NCBI GenBank assembly: GCA_027315345.1
Contig: DAHUYE010000041.1
Span: forward strand, 3,204-67,203
DNA: 64,000 nt
Direction: 5' to 3'
DNA from: Actinomycetota bacterium
GTDB lineage: Bacteria > Actinomycetota > Acidimicrobiia > Acidimicrobiales > JAJPHE01
The notes below the pieces were generated by a model. The model was given only the letters and a program-made list of their open reading frames with translations. It was not told where the DNA came from and searched no databases. A program made the position numbers and the translations under genes. Shown here one piece after another: positions 1 to 9,463 of this stretch. Numbering within the stretch: position 1 is the stretch's first letter; each line of letters opens with the position of its first letter.

Positions 1-552
1 CTGGTTCTTGGACAGCTCCCGCTCCAGGCGGACGGCCACGGCCGCCTCCTTGACCTTGCGCAGGAAGGTGCGCTCCGTACCCACATAGACCTGCTTGACG
101 TACTGCTGGGCGATGGTCGATCCCCCCTGCAGGGGTTCCCCCCGCAGGTCGTCGTAGGCGGCCCGGAGGATGCCGACCGGGTCGAGGGCGCCGTGATGGA
201 AGTAGGCATGGTCCTCGGTGTCGAGGACGGCCTTGATCAGCACCGGGGGGACCTGGGAGAGCGAGACCGGGACCCGGTTCTCGCCATTGTCAATGGTGGC
301 CAGCCTGGCCCCGGTCGAGTCGGTGATGAAGGTCGTCTCCCCCTCCACCGTGGCCGGCGGCAACGGGGCCAGGAGCAGCAGGTAGGCGAATCCCGCCGCG
401 GCGGTGACGAAGAAGAAGCCGAGCAGGAACAGGAGCCGCCGCCAGCGCCAGAACCACGACGGCCGGCGCCGGGAGGCCGGGGTCCGGGTGGTGTTGCTCA
501 GCGGGCCGGCCGGGTCTTGGCCACGGGGAAGGTGCGGGAGAGGTGGTTCCAC
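1..552 (-). CDS. Class A penicillin-binding protein, N-terminal part only (gene continues past the window start)
   Basis: Absent from the ORF track because there is no stop in the window. Reverse translation gives a TM anchor (WRWRRLLFLLGFFFVTAAAGFAYLLLL). It is followed by GT51 transglycosylase motifs TEDHAYFHHGALD and GGSTIAQQYVK. The start is tentatively GTG at 552 and may lie further downstream. Position matches mycobacterial ponA1 next to DUF5318/PadR/ino1. Confidence 0.75.
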   Translation of the reverse strand, partial: MEPPLPHLPRGQDPAGPLSNTTRTPASRRRPSWFWRWRRLLFLLGFFFVTAAAGFAYLLLLAPLPPATVEGETTFITDSTGARLATIDNGENRVPVSLSQVPPVLIKAVLDTEDHAYFHHGALDPVGILRAAYDDLRGEPLQGGSTIAQQYVKQVYVGTERTFLRKVKEAAVAVRLERELSKNQ

Positions 553-911
553 CCGCAGGAGGCGCAGACCTCGACCACGTAACAGGAAAGGCTCTGCGCC
601 CGCCGGGCCATGCGGACCAGTTCCGCCTCGCTGCTCACGGTGTGGCCGCTGGCCGGCAGGCCGGTCCCGAAGACATAGCTGACGTGGACCAGGGCCCGTT
701 CCTTCTCACAGATGGGGCATGCCTCGGCCGTGGGATCCCCGACATTGCGGGCGGCCCGCAGGAGGTCGGGGTGGGCGTCGCATACGTCGTTGCGTCCGAG
801 GCGACCTTTGCGGAATTCGGAGAGCACGGCGTTGCGGGCCAGACGGAAGTCGATCTCCCCGGCCCGGCAATCCCGGGACACTCCCGCGGCGGCGTCCGAC
901 TTCTGGCGCAT
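498..911 (-). CDS. DUF5318-like conserved actinobacterial protein (Cys-rich)
   Basis: 137-aa ORF with CPIC...CASC cysteine pairs. It occupies the slot between the PBP and PadR/ino1 that the Rv0049-type protein holds in other Actinobacteria. Confidence 0.7.
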   Translation of the reverse strand: MRQKSDAAAGVSRDCRAGEIDFRLARNAVLSEFRKGRLGRNDVCDAHPDLLRAARNVGDPTAEACPICEKERALVHVSYVFGTGLPASGHTVSSEAELVRMARRAQSLSCYVVEVCASCGWNHLSRTFPVAKTRPAR

Positions 912-1003
912 CAGGCCACGGAGGTTACGCGTCCGGCGCCAAACTGCGAAGGTAGCGTCTCGATGTATCGACTCGATATATCTGAACGTGCTATTGTGTC
1001 CTC

Positions 1004-1627
1004 ATGTTGGAGCTGGCCATCCTCGGGCTTCTCAAGGAGCAGGAGCTCCACGGCTACGAGCTCAAGAAGCGCCTGAGCGACACGTTCGGGCCCATGTCCC
1101 GGGTCTCCTTCGGCTCTCTGTACCCGGCCCTGCGCCGGCTGGAGAAGGCCGGGGCGGTGGAGGTGACCGAGGCCGGCCCCTCGGCGGCCGCCGTGTCCAT
1201 CCCCACCACCGGTTCCCTGTCCGGGGAGCGGGCGGCCTACCGGGCCCGGCGGGCCGGCGGGGGCCACGACAGCCGGGGCCGCAAGGTCTACCGGATAACC
1301 CCTGAGGGCCAGGCCCTGTTCGAGAAACTGCTGGCCGCCGAGGACGCCTCCGCCGAGGACGACCGCTCCTTCCAACTCCGTCTGGCCTTCGCCCGCCATC
1401 TGGCCGCCGACCAGCGCCTCGGGTTGTTGGAGCGCAGGCGGGCCCAACTGATCGAGCGCCTGGCCCGGGCCCGGACGGCGGTGCGCGCCGGCCGGGAGCG
1501 CCTGGACAGCTACGCCCGGGCCGTGGCCGAGCACAGCACCGAGGCCACCGAACACGACATCTCCTGGATCGAGCGGCTCATCGAAGTCGAACGGTCCGAC
1601 CAACTAGAGAGGGAACTAAAGCCATGA
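1004..1627 (+). CDS. PadR family transcriptional regulator
   Basis: N-terminal winged-helix signature [21 protein letters not shown]...[15 protein letters not shown]. Its stop overlaps the ino1 start (ATGA). Confidence 0.9.
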   Translation: MLELAILGLLKEQELHGYELKKRLSDTFGPMSRVSFGSLYPALRRLEKAGAVEVTEAGPSAAAVSIPTTGSLSGERAAYRARRAGGGHDSRGRKVYRITPEGQALFEKLLAAEDASAEDDRSFQLRLAFARHLAADQRLGLLERRRAQLIERLARARTAVRAGRERLDSYARAVAEHSTEATEHDISWIERLIEVERSDQLERELKP

Positions 1628-2697
1628 GCAAGAAGATCCGGGTCGCCATAGCCGGAGTCGGCAACTGCGCCAGCTCCCTGGTCCAGGGCGTGACCTATTA
1701 CAAGGACGCCGACCCGACCGAGTCCGTCCCCGGCCTCATGCACGTGATGCTGGGCGAGTACCACGTCGGTGACGTGGAGTTCGTGGCCGCCTTCGACGTG
1801 GACGCCAACAAGGTGGGCCTGGACCTGTCGAAGGGCATCTTCGCCGGGCCCAACAACACCATCCGCTTCGCCCAGGTGCCCAACCTCGGCGTGCGGGTGC
1901 AGCGGGCCCCGACCTTTGACGGCCTGGGCAAGTACTACCGCCAGGTGGTCGAGGAGTCCCCGGAGGAGCCCGTCGACGTGGCCCAGGCTCTCCGGGACGC
2001 CAAGGCCGACGTGCTGGTGTCCTACCTGCCCGTCGGTTCCGAGGAGGCCCAGCGCTACTACGCCCAGGCCTGCCTGGATGCCAAGGTGGCCTTCGTCAAC
2101 GCCATCCCGGTGTTCATCGCCAGCGACCCGGTGTGGGCGGCCAAGTTCACCGAGGCCGGCGTGCCCATCGTGGGTGACGACATCAAGAGCCAGGTCGGGG
2201 CGACCATCGTCCACCGTCTCCTGGCCCGCCTGGCCGAGGACCGGGGCATGGTGCTCGACCGCACCTACCAGCTCAACGTGGGCGGGAACATGGACTTCAA
2301 GAACATGCTCGAGCGGGAGCGCCTGGAGTCCAAGAAGATCTCCAAGACCCAGTCCGTGACCAGCCAGATCGAGCACGGCATCTCCTCCGACAACGTCCAC
2401 ATCGGGCCCTCCGACCACGTGGCCTGGCTGGAGGACCGGAAGTGGGCCTACATCCGGATGGAGGGCCGCAACTTCGGGGACGTGCCCCTCAACATCGAGC
2501 TCAAGCTGGAGGTGTGGGACTCCCCCAACTCCGCCGGGGTGATCATCGATGCGGTGCGCTGCGCCAAGATCGCCCTCGACCGCGGCCAGGGCGGACCGGT
2601 GGAGTCGGCCTCGGCCTACTTCATGAAGTCACCTGCCAAGCAGTTCCACGATGACGAGGCCCGCCAGATGGTGGAGGACTTCGCCGCCGGTCGCTGA
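1624..2697 (+). CDS. ino1: myo-inositol-1-phosphate synthase
   Basis: 357 aa. N-terminal Rossmann motif [18 protein letters not shown], full-length similarity pattern to actinobacterial Ino1, and synteny with PadR. Confidence 0.93.
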   Translation: MSKKIRVAIAGVGNCASSLVQGVTYYKDADPTESVPGLMHVMLGEYHVGDVEFVAAFDVDANKVGLDLSKGIFAGPNNTIRFAQVPNLGVRVQRAPTFDGLGKYYRQVVEESPEEPVDVAQALRDAKADVLVSYLPVGSEEAQRYYAQACLDAKVAFVNAIPVFIASDPVWAAKFTEAGVPIVGDDIKSQVGATIVHRLLARLAEDRGMVLDRTYQLNVGGNMDFKNMLERERLESKKISKTQSVTSQIEHGISSDNVHIGPSDHVAWLEDRKWAYIRMEGRNFGDVPLNIELKLEVWDSPNSAGVIIDAVRCAKIALDRGQGGPVESASAYFMKSPAKQFHDDEARQMVEDFAAGR

Positions 2698-2783
2698 TCC
2701 CGCCGGTCGCTGATCCCCCCGGAACAGGACCAGCTGAGGCCAGAACCACCGGTCCGACCTGTAGGCGTGGGAGCCTGTAGGTC

Positions 2784-3245
2784 GTGACCGACATCTTCCG
2801 CTACGTCCCCCATCCCCATATCGCCGCCCGCCAGACGTCCGGGCCGCCCAAGGTGGCCGACGCCGCCGCCGCCGTGCACGGGCCCGGCCTCTTCGGCCGG
2901 ATCAACACGGCCCTGGGGCTGCGGATCACCATCATCGTGGGCACCATGTGGGCGGCCTACGTCTTCGCCGCCATCGCCCTGATCAGCCTGCCGGACAACA
3001 TCCACTCCACCCAGAACCTGATCCTCTGGATCAGCAGCAGCTTCCTGCAGCTGGTGCTGCTGCCCATCATCATCGTGGGTCAGAACATCCAGGCCAAGGC
3101 GGCCGACGCCCGGTCCGAGGCGACCTACAACGACGCCGCCGCCGTCCTGGAGGAGGCCAAGCAGATCCAGGCCCACCTGGCCGCCCAGGACGACGCCATC
3201 TCCAAGATCCTCGATCAGCTGGCCAACGTGCCGCCGAAAGGCTGA
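2784..3245 (+). CDS. Two-TM membrane protein, DUF1003-like
   Basis: GTG start. Two hydrophobic helices are followed by the QNIQAKAADARSE motif and a coiled tail, resembling the DUF1003 layout. Family assignment is tentative. Confidence 0.55.
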   Translation: MTDIFRYVPHPHIAARQTSGPPKVADAAAAVHGPGLFGRINTALGLRITIIVGTMWAAYVFAAIALISLPDNIHSTQNLILWISSSFLQLVLLPIIIVGQNIQAKAADARSEATYNDAAAVLEEAKQIQAHLAAQDDAISKILDQLANVPPKG

Positions 3246-3246
3246 G

Positions 3247-3570
3247 ATGGGGACCATGGACAACCAACTCCCGGAGGTCACCCCGGCCCGGGCGGCCGAG
3301 ATGGTCAGCGAAGGTGCCTTCCTCCTGGATGTGAGGGAGCAGGATGAGTGGGACGCCGGCCACGCCCCGACCGCCATTCACATACCGATGGGCCAGATAG
3401 CCGCCCGGCGGGACGAGCTGCCCGAGGGCGCGGCCATCCTGTGTGTCTGTCACCTGGGCGGGCGCTCGGCGGCGGTGACCGAGGCCCTCCTCAACGCCGG
3501 CCACCAGGCCATCAACGTGGCCGGCGGCATGGAGGCCTGGGCGGGCGCCGGCCTGCCGGTGGTCAAGTGA
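3247..3570 (+). CDS. Single-domain rhodanese sulfurtransferase
   Basis: 107 aa. Active-site loop CHLGGRS, with the LLDVRE..EW..GH rhodanese signature upstream. Confidence 0.88.
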   Translation: MGTMDNQLPEVTPARAAEMVSEGAFLLDVREQDEWDAGHAPTAIHIPMGQIAARRDELPEGAAILCVCHLGGRSAAVTEALLNAGHQAINVAGGMEAWAGAGLPVVK

Positions 3571-3631
3571 GGGCCGGGCACGCGGTCCGCGCCGCCCGCC
3601 GGGTCCGGCCTCCGATCCGAGGGAGCCGGCC

Positions 3632-4318
3632 GTGACCGACCAGAACGTGGAGACCCACGTGATCCAGTACGGCCCCGAGGTGGCCACCGAGGACGAACTC
3701 CGCCTGCTCGGGGACCTCAAGGGCAAGCGGGTGGTGGAACTGGGCTGCGGGGACGCCCGCTGTTCCATCGCCTTCGCCAAACAGGGAGCCACCGCCATAG
3801 CCGTCGATTCCGACAGCGACGCCCTGGCTACGGCCCGGGTGCTGGTGGACCGGGAGGAGGTGCGGGTCGAGCTGCGCCATGGGGACCTGGCCGACCTGGC
3901 CTTCCTGCGGGCGGACTCGGTGGACCTGGTCTTCTCCGCCTTCGCCTTCGGCCAGGTGGAGGACCTCAACCGCATCCTGCGCCAGGCTCACCGGGTGCTC
4001 AAGGTGGGCGCCCCCATCGTGTTCTCCCTCCCCCACCCGGCCTACGCCATGCTGGCCGAGGACGAGGCCCAGCCCTTCCGGATCGGGAGGTCCTATTTCG
4101 ACCGCTCCCCGGTTCGTACCGCCGGGGGGGCCGACGGGGGCGAGTACCCGCACACCATCGAGGAGATATTCGCCGGGCTGGTGCGGGCCAGCTACCGGGT
4201 CGACGCCATCATCGAGCCCGAACCCAGGACCGGGGGCCCGAGGACTCCGCAGTGGCGGGAGGCCTTCCGCTTCGTGCCCCGCACCCTCATCGTCCGGGCC
4301 CGCAAGGAAGGTAATTAG
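3632..4318 (+). CDS. Class I SAM-dependent methyltransferase
   Basis: Motif I VVELGCGDARCS, followed by the acidic loop AVDSD. 228 aa. Confidence 0.85.
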   Translation: MTDQNVETHVIQYGPEVATEDELRLLGDLKGKRVVELGCGDARCSIAFAKQGATAIAVDSDSDALATARVLVDREEVRVELRHGDLADLAFLRADSVDLVFSAFAFGQVEDLNRILRQAHRVLKVGAPIVFSLPHPAYAMLAEDEAQPFRIGRSYFDRSPVRTAGGADGGEYPHTIEEIFAGLVRASYRVDAIIEPEPRTGGPRTPQWREAFRFVPRTLIVRARKEGN

Positions 4319-5901
4319 CCCGCTGATCCCTCGGCCGCCCACCAGGCCCGGAGGCGGCGGGCGGCTTCCTCCTCGCCCAGGGGACCTTCGTCCAGGCGGA
4401 GTTCCAGCAGGTAATCCAGCGCCCGGCCGACCTGGGGGCCGGGGGTCAGGCCCAGTTCGGTCATGACCTGCCGGCCGTCGAGGTCGGGGCGGATGGCGTC
4501 CAGCTCCTCCTGCTGGCGCAGCTCGGAGATGCGAACCTCGAGTTCGTCCATGCGCCGCTCCAGCTGGCGGGCCTTGGCCTCGTTGCGGGTGGTGCAGTCA
4601 CAGCGGGTCAGTTCGTTGAGCCGGTCCAGGAGGGGCCCGGCGTCGCGGACGTAACGGCGCACGGCCCGGTCGGTCCAGCCCAGCCGGTAGGTGTGGAAGC
4701 GCAGGTGGAGCTCCACCAGGGTCGAGACCAGCTCGATGTCCTCGACCGAGTAACGCAGCGCCTTCATGCGCTCCCGGGTCATCCTCGCCCCGACCACCTC
4801 ATGGTGGTGGAACGACACTCCCCCGCCGGTGAAGGCCCGGGTCTTGGGCTTGCCCACGTCGTGGAACAGGGCGGCCAGGCGCAGTAGGCGGTCGGGGCCG
4901 GTCTTGTCCACCACCGCCAGGGTGTGGGCCAGGACGTCCTTGTGGCGGTGGATGGGGTCCTGCTCCAGGGCCAGGGCCGGCAGCTCGGGCAGGAAGCGAG
5001 CGGCCAGGCCGGTGCGGACCAGGAACCACAGGCCGGGTCCGGGCACGTCCACCACCATCAACTTGTCCAGCTCGGCGCGGATCCGCTCGGCCGAGACGAT
5101 GTCGAGGCGCTCGGCCAGGTGGCCCACCGCCTCCACCAGGGCCTCGTCCGGGACCAGGTCGTAGCCGGCTATGAACCGGGCCGCCCGCATCATGCGGAGA
5201 GGGTCGTCACTGAAGGACTCCTCCGGGGACAGGGGGGTCCGCAGCCGCCGGGAGGCCAGGTCGGCCAAGCCGCCGTAGGGGTCGATCAGCTCCAGTTCGC
5301 CTTCACCGCCGAGGCGCAGGGCCATGGCGTTGACGGTGAAGTCCCGCCGGGACAGGTCGGCCTCCACCGAGGCGGAGAACTTGACCGCCGGCTTCCTGGA
5401 CTCGGGTGCATAGGCCTCGGCCCGGTGGGTGGTGACCTCATAGACCCGGTCACCTCGGCGCAGCCCGATGGTCCCGAACTCCTTACCTGTGGTCCACGTG
5501 GCGTCGGCCCAGCCCGCCACCGCCGCCTCGATCTGATCCGGCTCGGCGTCAGTGGTGAGGTCCAGGTCCTGGTCGGGACGGAGCCGGTCCAGGAAGGCGT
5601 CCCGGAGCACGCCGCCGACCAGATACAGCCGGTGGCCGGCCTGGGCGAAGCGGGCCGCCAAGGGCCCCGTCTCCCTCACCAGGGGCTCCATCCGCTCCGG
5701 AATCACGGCCGTGAGTGTACGGAACGCCCGCGCCACCCCATCCGGCCATGCGGCGATAGGTCCAAGTTCGTCCCGGTTTATCCCCCGGACTAGTCGGGTC
5801 TGGTCACCTGTAAATGATGACAACTGGTCATTCAGAGCACTGCCACGGAGGGCGAAAACATAACCACGCAAAGTACGGAAGCATCGGGGGAGGACCCACA
5901 A
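4315..5901 (-). CDS. cca: CCA tRNA nucleotidyltransferase with HD domain
   Basis: GHRLYLVGGVLRDAFLDR, DLDLTTDA, RRDFTVNA and HD motif LFHDVGKP. The true start is probably internal (for example ATG at 5691), because the 5'-most start abuts the divergent gene at 5901. Confidence 0.85.
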   Translation of the reverse strand: MWVLPRCFRTLRGYVFALRGSALNDQLSSFTGDQTRLVRGINRDELGPIAAWPDGVARAFRTLTAVIPERMEPLVRETGPLAARFAQAGHRLYLVGGVLRDAFLDRLRPDQDLDLTTDAEPDQIEAAVAGWADATWTTGKEFGTIGLRRGDRVYEVTTHRAEAYAPESRKPAVKFSASVEADLSRRDFTVNAMALRLGGEGELELIDPYGGLADLASRRLRTPLSPEESFSDDPLRMMRAARFIAGYDLVPDEALVEAVGHLAERLDIVSAERIRAELDKLMVVDVPGPGLWFLVRTGLAARFLPELPALALEQDPIHRHKDVLAHTLAVVDKTGPDRLLRLAALFHDVGKPKTRAFTGGGVSFHHHEVVGARMTRERMKALRYSVEDIELVSTLVELHLRFHTYRLGWTDRAVRRYVRDAGPLLDRLNELTRCDCTTRNEAKARQLERRMDELEVRISELRQQEELDAIRPDLDGRQVMTELGLTPGPQVGRALDYLLELRLDEGPLGEEEAARRLRAWWAAEGSAG

Positions 5902-6941
5902 TGAAGATCAAGACCCGCAGGCTGGCGGCGATGGGAGCGGCCGGAATGGTCGCCACCGCCGCCCTCGGCCTGGTGGCCGGCACCCCGGCCCGTGCGGCCA
6001 TCGTCAACCCCAGCCTGGTGATGTCCAACAACCAGTCGGCCAGCTCCAGCACCTATACCTTCACCTTCACGCCCGGCCTGACCCTGACCGAGATGCTGAC
6101 CGGGTTCAACGGCGTGCTCGGCATCCCCGGCGGCGCTACCGGCCTCGCCACCGCCCCGGTCTCGGTCTACGAGAACACCGGGAGCGGCTGGGGCTCGGCC
6201 CTGGCCTCGGTGACCAGCACGGTCAACTCGGCCAGCACCCTGGTGGGCATCGCGGTGCCTTCCACCGACTTCACCGGCCTGACCACCGTTCCCCAGCTCA
6301 AGATCGTCATCTCCAGCCTGACCAATCCCACCGTCACCGCTTCGACCACGGCCGGGGCCTGTATTGCTGACGCCACCACCGCCATCAGCGGCATCAGCGC
6401 GTCCACTTTTACCACCGGCACCTCGGGATCCACCGCCTCCTTCGACTCCACCCTGGCATCCGCGCTGGCTGACATCGGGTGCCTGACGTCGACGGTCGTG
6501 CCCATAGGCACCAACGGCGTGACCGAGCAGCTGAGCGTGGCCCCGGTGCTCAATGTGACCCTGCCTTCGACCAGCCACGCCTTCTCGGTGACTCCCACCA
6601 CCAGCGGTGTGGCGGTCAGCTTCCCGACTGACTCCATCACAGTGGCTACCAATGCCTTGACCTACACCATCGAGGGTCTCATCGGTAACAGCACCTCAGC
6701 GCTGACCTACGACGATGGCGGCAGCTACTCGCTGCCCATCACCGCCACCACGGGCACCAGCTGCAGCTCTTCGGCGCCCCTCGGTTCCAACGGCACGTAC
6801 AGCACCCTGGCCAGTTCCCTGACCGGCCTGACCAACGGCGCCATCACCTCGGTCACCTACTGCGGCAGCAGCGTCACCCTGAACTCGCCGGCGGGCACCT
6901 ACTCCGGAACCATCACCTACCTGGTTGTCCCGAGCTTCTAG
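5901..6941 (+). CDS. Secreted Ser/Thr-rich protein of unknown function
   Basis: ATG at 5901 preceded by GGGGGAGGA. Signal peptide MKIKTRRLAAMGAAGMVATAALGLVAGTPARA|AIV. The mature part is about one-third Ser/Thr. The C-terminal strand GTYSGTITYLVVPSF is reminiscent of WxL-domain or pilin C-termini. Confidence 0.7.
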   Translation: MKIKTRRLAAMGAAGMVATAALGLVAGTPARAAIVNPSLVMSNNQSASSSTYTFTFTPGLTLTEMLTGFNGVLGIPGGATGLATAPVSVYENTGSGWGSALASVTSTVNSASTLVGIAVPSTDFTGLTTVPQLKIVISSLTNPTVTASTTAGACIADATTAISGISASTFTTGTSGSTASFDSTLASALADIGCLTSTVVPIGTNGVTEQLSVAPVLNVTLPSTSHAFSVTPTTSGVAVSFPTDSITVATNALTYTIEGLIGNSTSALTYDDGGSYSLPITATTGTSCSSSAPLGSNGTYSTLASSLTGLTNGAITSVTYCGSSVTLNSPAGTYSGTITYLVVPSF

Positions 6942-7084
6942 ACCCCCGGGCAGCTTCTCCGCCGTCACCGGCGCCGGCCGGAACCAGATCCCACTAAGTC
7001 GGATGCGGCTCCTCGGAGCCGCATCCGCATTTTCCCACCCGGCAACGTCCGATCCCCGGTCCCACCGGTACTCTCCGATCTCTC

Positions 7085-8182
7085 GTGAAGGGCCACCCCA
7101 TGCCTCACCCGATCCGTCGCCTCACCGCTTCCACCCGGGCCCGCCGAGCGGCCGGATTCGCCCTGGTCGGCTGGGCCGCTGTCGGGGCCGGGGTCCTGGG
7201 GGCCGGGGTCTTGGGGGCCGGCGCCGGGGTGCCGGCCTGGGCCGCCTCGAATGGCGGCGCCGGCTTCACCGTGGCCGGGGGCCCGACCGGGGACCTCAGC
7301 CTCCCACCGGGTCAGGTGGTCCCCGTTGACTTCACCGTCATCAATTCCACCAACCAGCCCGAGCAGATCAACGTGGCCATCACGGGCCTGCACTTCAACG
7401 GCCAGACCCCCGAGTTCAACGGCTCGCCCTCCCCCGGGCTGACCGTGACGGCCAACACCACCAGCCTCACCCTGGCCGCCCAGGCCAGCCAGAGCGTGAA
7501 CCTTTCCGTGGAAGCGGCCCCCGGCAGCAAGCCCGGGGGCCTGTACGCCGGGGTGGTGTTCAAGGAGATCCCGCCGGCCTCGCAGAGCTCCACCACCGTG
7601 GAGGAGGCTCAGGCCAGGCCTCTAATCGGCCACGTGCCCGGGCCAACTACCGACACCGGCCAGATCCAGGCCTTCGCCGCGCCATCGGCGGTGGCCAAGC
7701 CGAATGGCGTCGTCTTCGACCTCACCTTCCTCGACACCGGGGACATCGACTACCGCCTGGGCGGGACCGTGGACCTGGTGACCGTCTCCGGCACCCAGGT
7801 CGGGACGGTGGCCGTGCCCCCGGACACGGTATTGCCGGGCAATCCCCGCGTCATCCCGCTGGCCTTCAACGGCACCGCTCCCAGCGGACAGCTGACCGGG
7901 CAGCTCCATCTGACCTGGGGCACCTCGGAAGAACACACCGGCACGGCCATGGCCACCGTTCTCGTTTCCGGAACCGTTGGCAGCTCGGTGGGGCCCGGGG
8001 CGGGAGGGGCCCCCAGCGCCAACCACCAGAACGTGACCATCTTTTCCCGCCACGGCGGCCACCCGGTGTCCTGGCTGTTCAAGGGCCTGGCCCTGCTCCT
8101 GCTGCTGATCATCATCGCCCTGCTGATCCGGCGCTACCTGCAGCGGCTGCACAACGAGAGGAAGCTGCGGGCTCGGAGCTGA
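7085..8182 (+). CDS. Cell-surface protein: signal peptide, two beta-sandwich-like domains, C-terminal TM anchor (DUF916/DUF3324-like)
   Basis: N-terminal hydrophobic/Ala-rich signal ending PAWAAS. C-terminal TM WLFKGLALLLLLIIIALLI plus basic tail RRYLQRLHNERKLRARS. The start is either GTG 7085 or ATG 7100. Confidence 0.7.
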   Translation: MKGHPMPHPIRRLTASTRARRAAGFALVGWAAVGAGVLGAGVLGAGAGVPAWAASNGGAGFTVAGGPTGDLSLPPGQVVPVDFTVINSTNQPEQINVAITGLHFNGQTPEFNGSPSPGLTVTANTTSLTLAAQASQSVNLSVEAAPGSKPGGLYAGVVFKEIPPASQSSTTVEEAQARPLIGHVPGPTTDTGQIQAFAAPSAVAKPNGVVFDLTFLDTGDIDYRLGGTVDLVTVSGTQVGTVAVPPDTVLPGNPRVIPLAFNGTAPSGQLTGQLHLTWGTSEEHTGTAMATVLVSGTVGSSVGPGAGGAPSANHQNVTIFSRHGGHPVSWLFKGLALLLLLIIIALLIRRYLQRLHNERKLRARS

Positions 8183-8267
8183 GACGCCGCGGCCGGGGCC
8201 CCAGGTCGGGAGGTCGGCGCCTACGGCTGGGGCATCACCTTCAGGACCGCGGCGGCGGCCGGGACTG

Positions 8268-8573
8268 TCAGGCCAGGAGGCGGGCGAGCTCGCGCTCGAG
8301 GAGGCCGGGCTCCTCCAGCATGCGGGCGAACAGCACGATCTCGGCCGAGGTGATCGGGTCCCCCACCTCACCCAGCTGGCGCAGGGCGGCGCCGTTCTCG
8401 AGCAGGACCAGCACGTGGCGGGGGCTCAGCGGCCGGCGCACCTCATCGGCGCACCGGGGGCAGTGGAACTCGTAATCCATCGGGTCGCCATCGGCCCGCC
8501 GCAGCACGGTGACCGTGGCGCACTGGATCTCGATCGTCCCGCAAGTTGGGCACTCCGTCCGTACCAACGCCAT
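8268..8573 (-). CDS. Small zinc-ribbon-like protein
   Basis: 101 aa with CPTC...CPRC cysteine pairs. GC3-rich codon usage. No family recognised. Confidence 0.5.
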   Translation of the reverse strand: MALVRTECPTCGTIEIQCATVTVLRRADGDPMDYEFHCPRCADEVRRPLSPRHVLVLLENGAALRQLGEVGDPITSAEIVLFARMLEEPGLLERELARLLA

Positions 8574-8689
8574 GCAGATACTTCGTCATTTGGGCCTGGC
8601 AGCTTGAGCGCGTTCTAACCCTCCCCGATGGCGACCGGAGCGCCGAGGGCCCAGGCCTGGCGCCCTCCCCATTACTGTCCGGGCCAGAC

Positions 8690-9463
8690 GTGAGCGCCCC
8701 TAGCCCCCAGGTCATCCGCTGGGGCGCCGAGCGTGCCCGCTGCACCCCCTGGAGGGGCGACGGGAGGCTGGCGCACCTGGCCCCCGCCAGCGACAGCCAG
8801 ATCCTGTCGACCGGCTTCGTCCGCCACTGCCTGGGCCGGCTGGCCGGCGAGGGCTACGCCGGGGTGGTCACCTCGGCCCTGGCTCCGCCAGAACAGGCCG
8901 GGTTCATCGGGGCCGGCTTCGACGTGGAACAACGCCTCCACCTCCTGGCTCACGATCTGTCCGGCCTGCCCGAGTTGAAGGCCCCGGCCGGAGTCAGGTT
9001 GCGCCGCACCCGCCCCCAGGACATGGACGCCGTCGTCCGCATCGACCGCTCGGCCTTCGACGAGTTCTGGACGATGGACGCCGCCGCCCTCGAGGACGCC
9101 ACCCAGGCCACCCCCCGGGCCCGGTTCCGCCTGGCCCTGGCCGGGGCCGGGGTATCCGGGGGCGGAGCGAGGGCCGGAGAGACCGGCGGAACGGGGGCCC
9201 AGCCGGCCGGCTACGCCATCACCGGCAAGGCCGGTAGCCGGGGCTATCTCCAGCGCCTGGCCGTCGGGCGGGAGTTGACCGGACGGGGCATCGGGAGGTT
9301 CCTGGTCGGCGACGGGCTGCGCTGGCTGAAGCGATGGGGGGCCGAGCGCTGCCTGGTCAACACCCAGGAAGGCAACCAGCGGGCCCTCGATCTCTACCAA
9401 CGGATGGGCTTCCGTCTCCAGAGTGGGGGCCTGGCCGTGCTCGGCACCCGGATCGAGCCGTGA
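8690..9463 (+). CDS. GNAT family N-acetyltransferase
   Basis: Acetyl-CoA motif LQRLAVGRELTGRGIGRFL and C-terminal NQRALDLYQRMGF. The start is set at in-frame GTG 8690, because the upstream part of the ORF overlaps the opposite-strand gene. Confidence 0.75.
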   Translation: MSAPSPQVIRWGAERARCTPWRGDGRLAHLAPASDSQILSTGFVRHCLGRLAGEGYAGVVTSALAPPEQAGFIGAGFDVEQRLHLLAHDLSGLPELKAPAGVRLRRTRPQDMDAVVRIDRSAFDEFWTMDAAALEDATQATPRARFRLALAGAGVSGGGARAGETGGTGAQPAGYAITGKAGSRGYLQRLAVGRELTGRGIGRFLVGDGLRWLKRWGAERCLVNTQEGNQRALDLYQRMGFRLQSGGLAVLGTRIEP

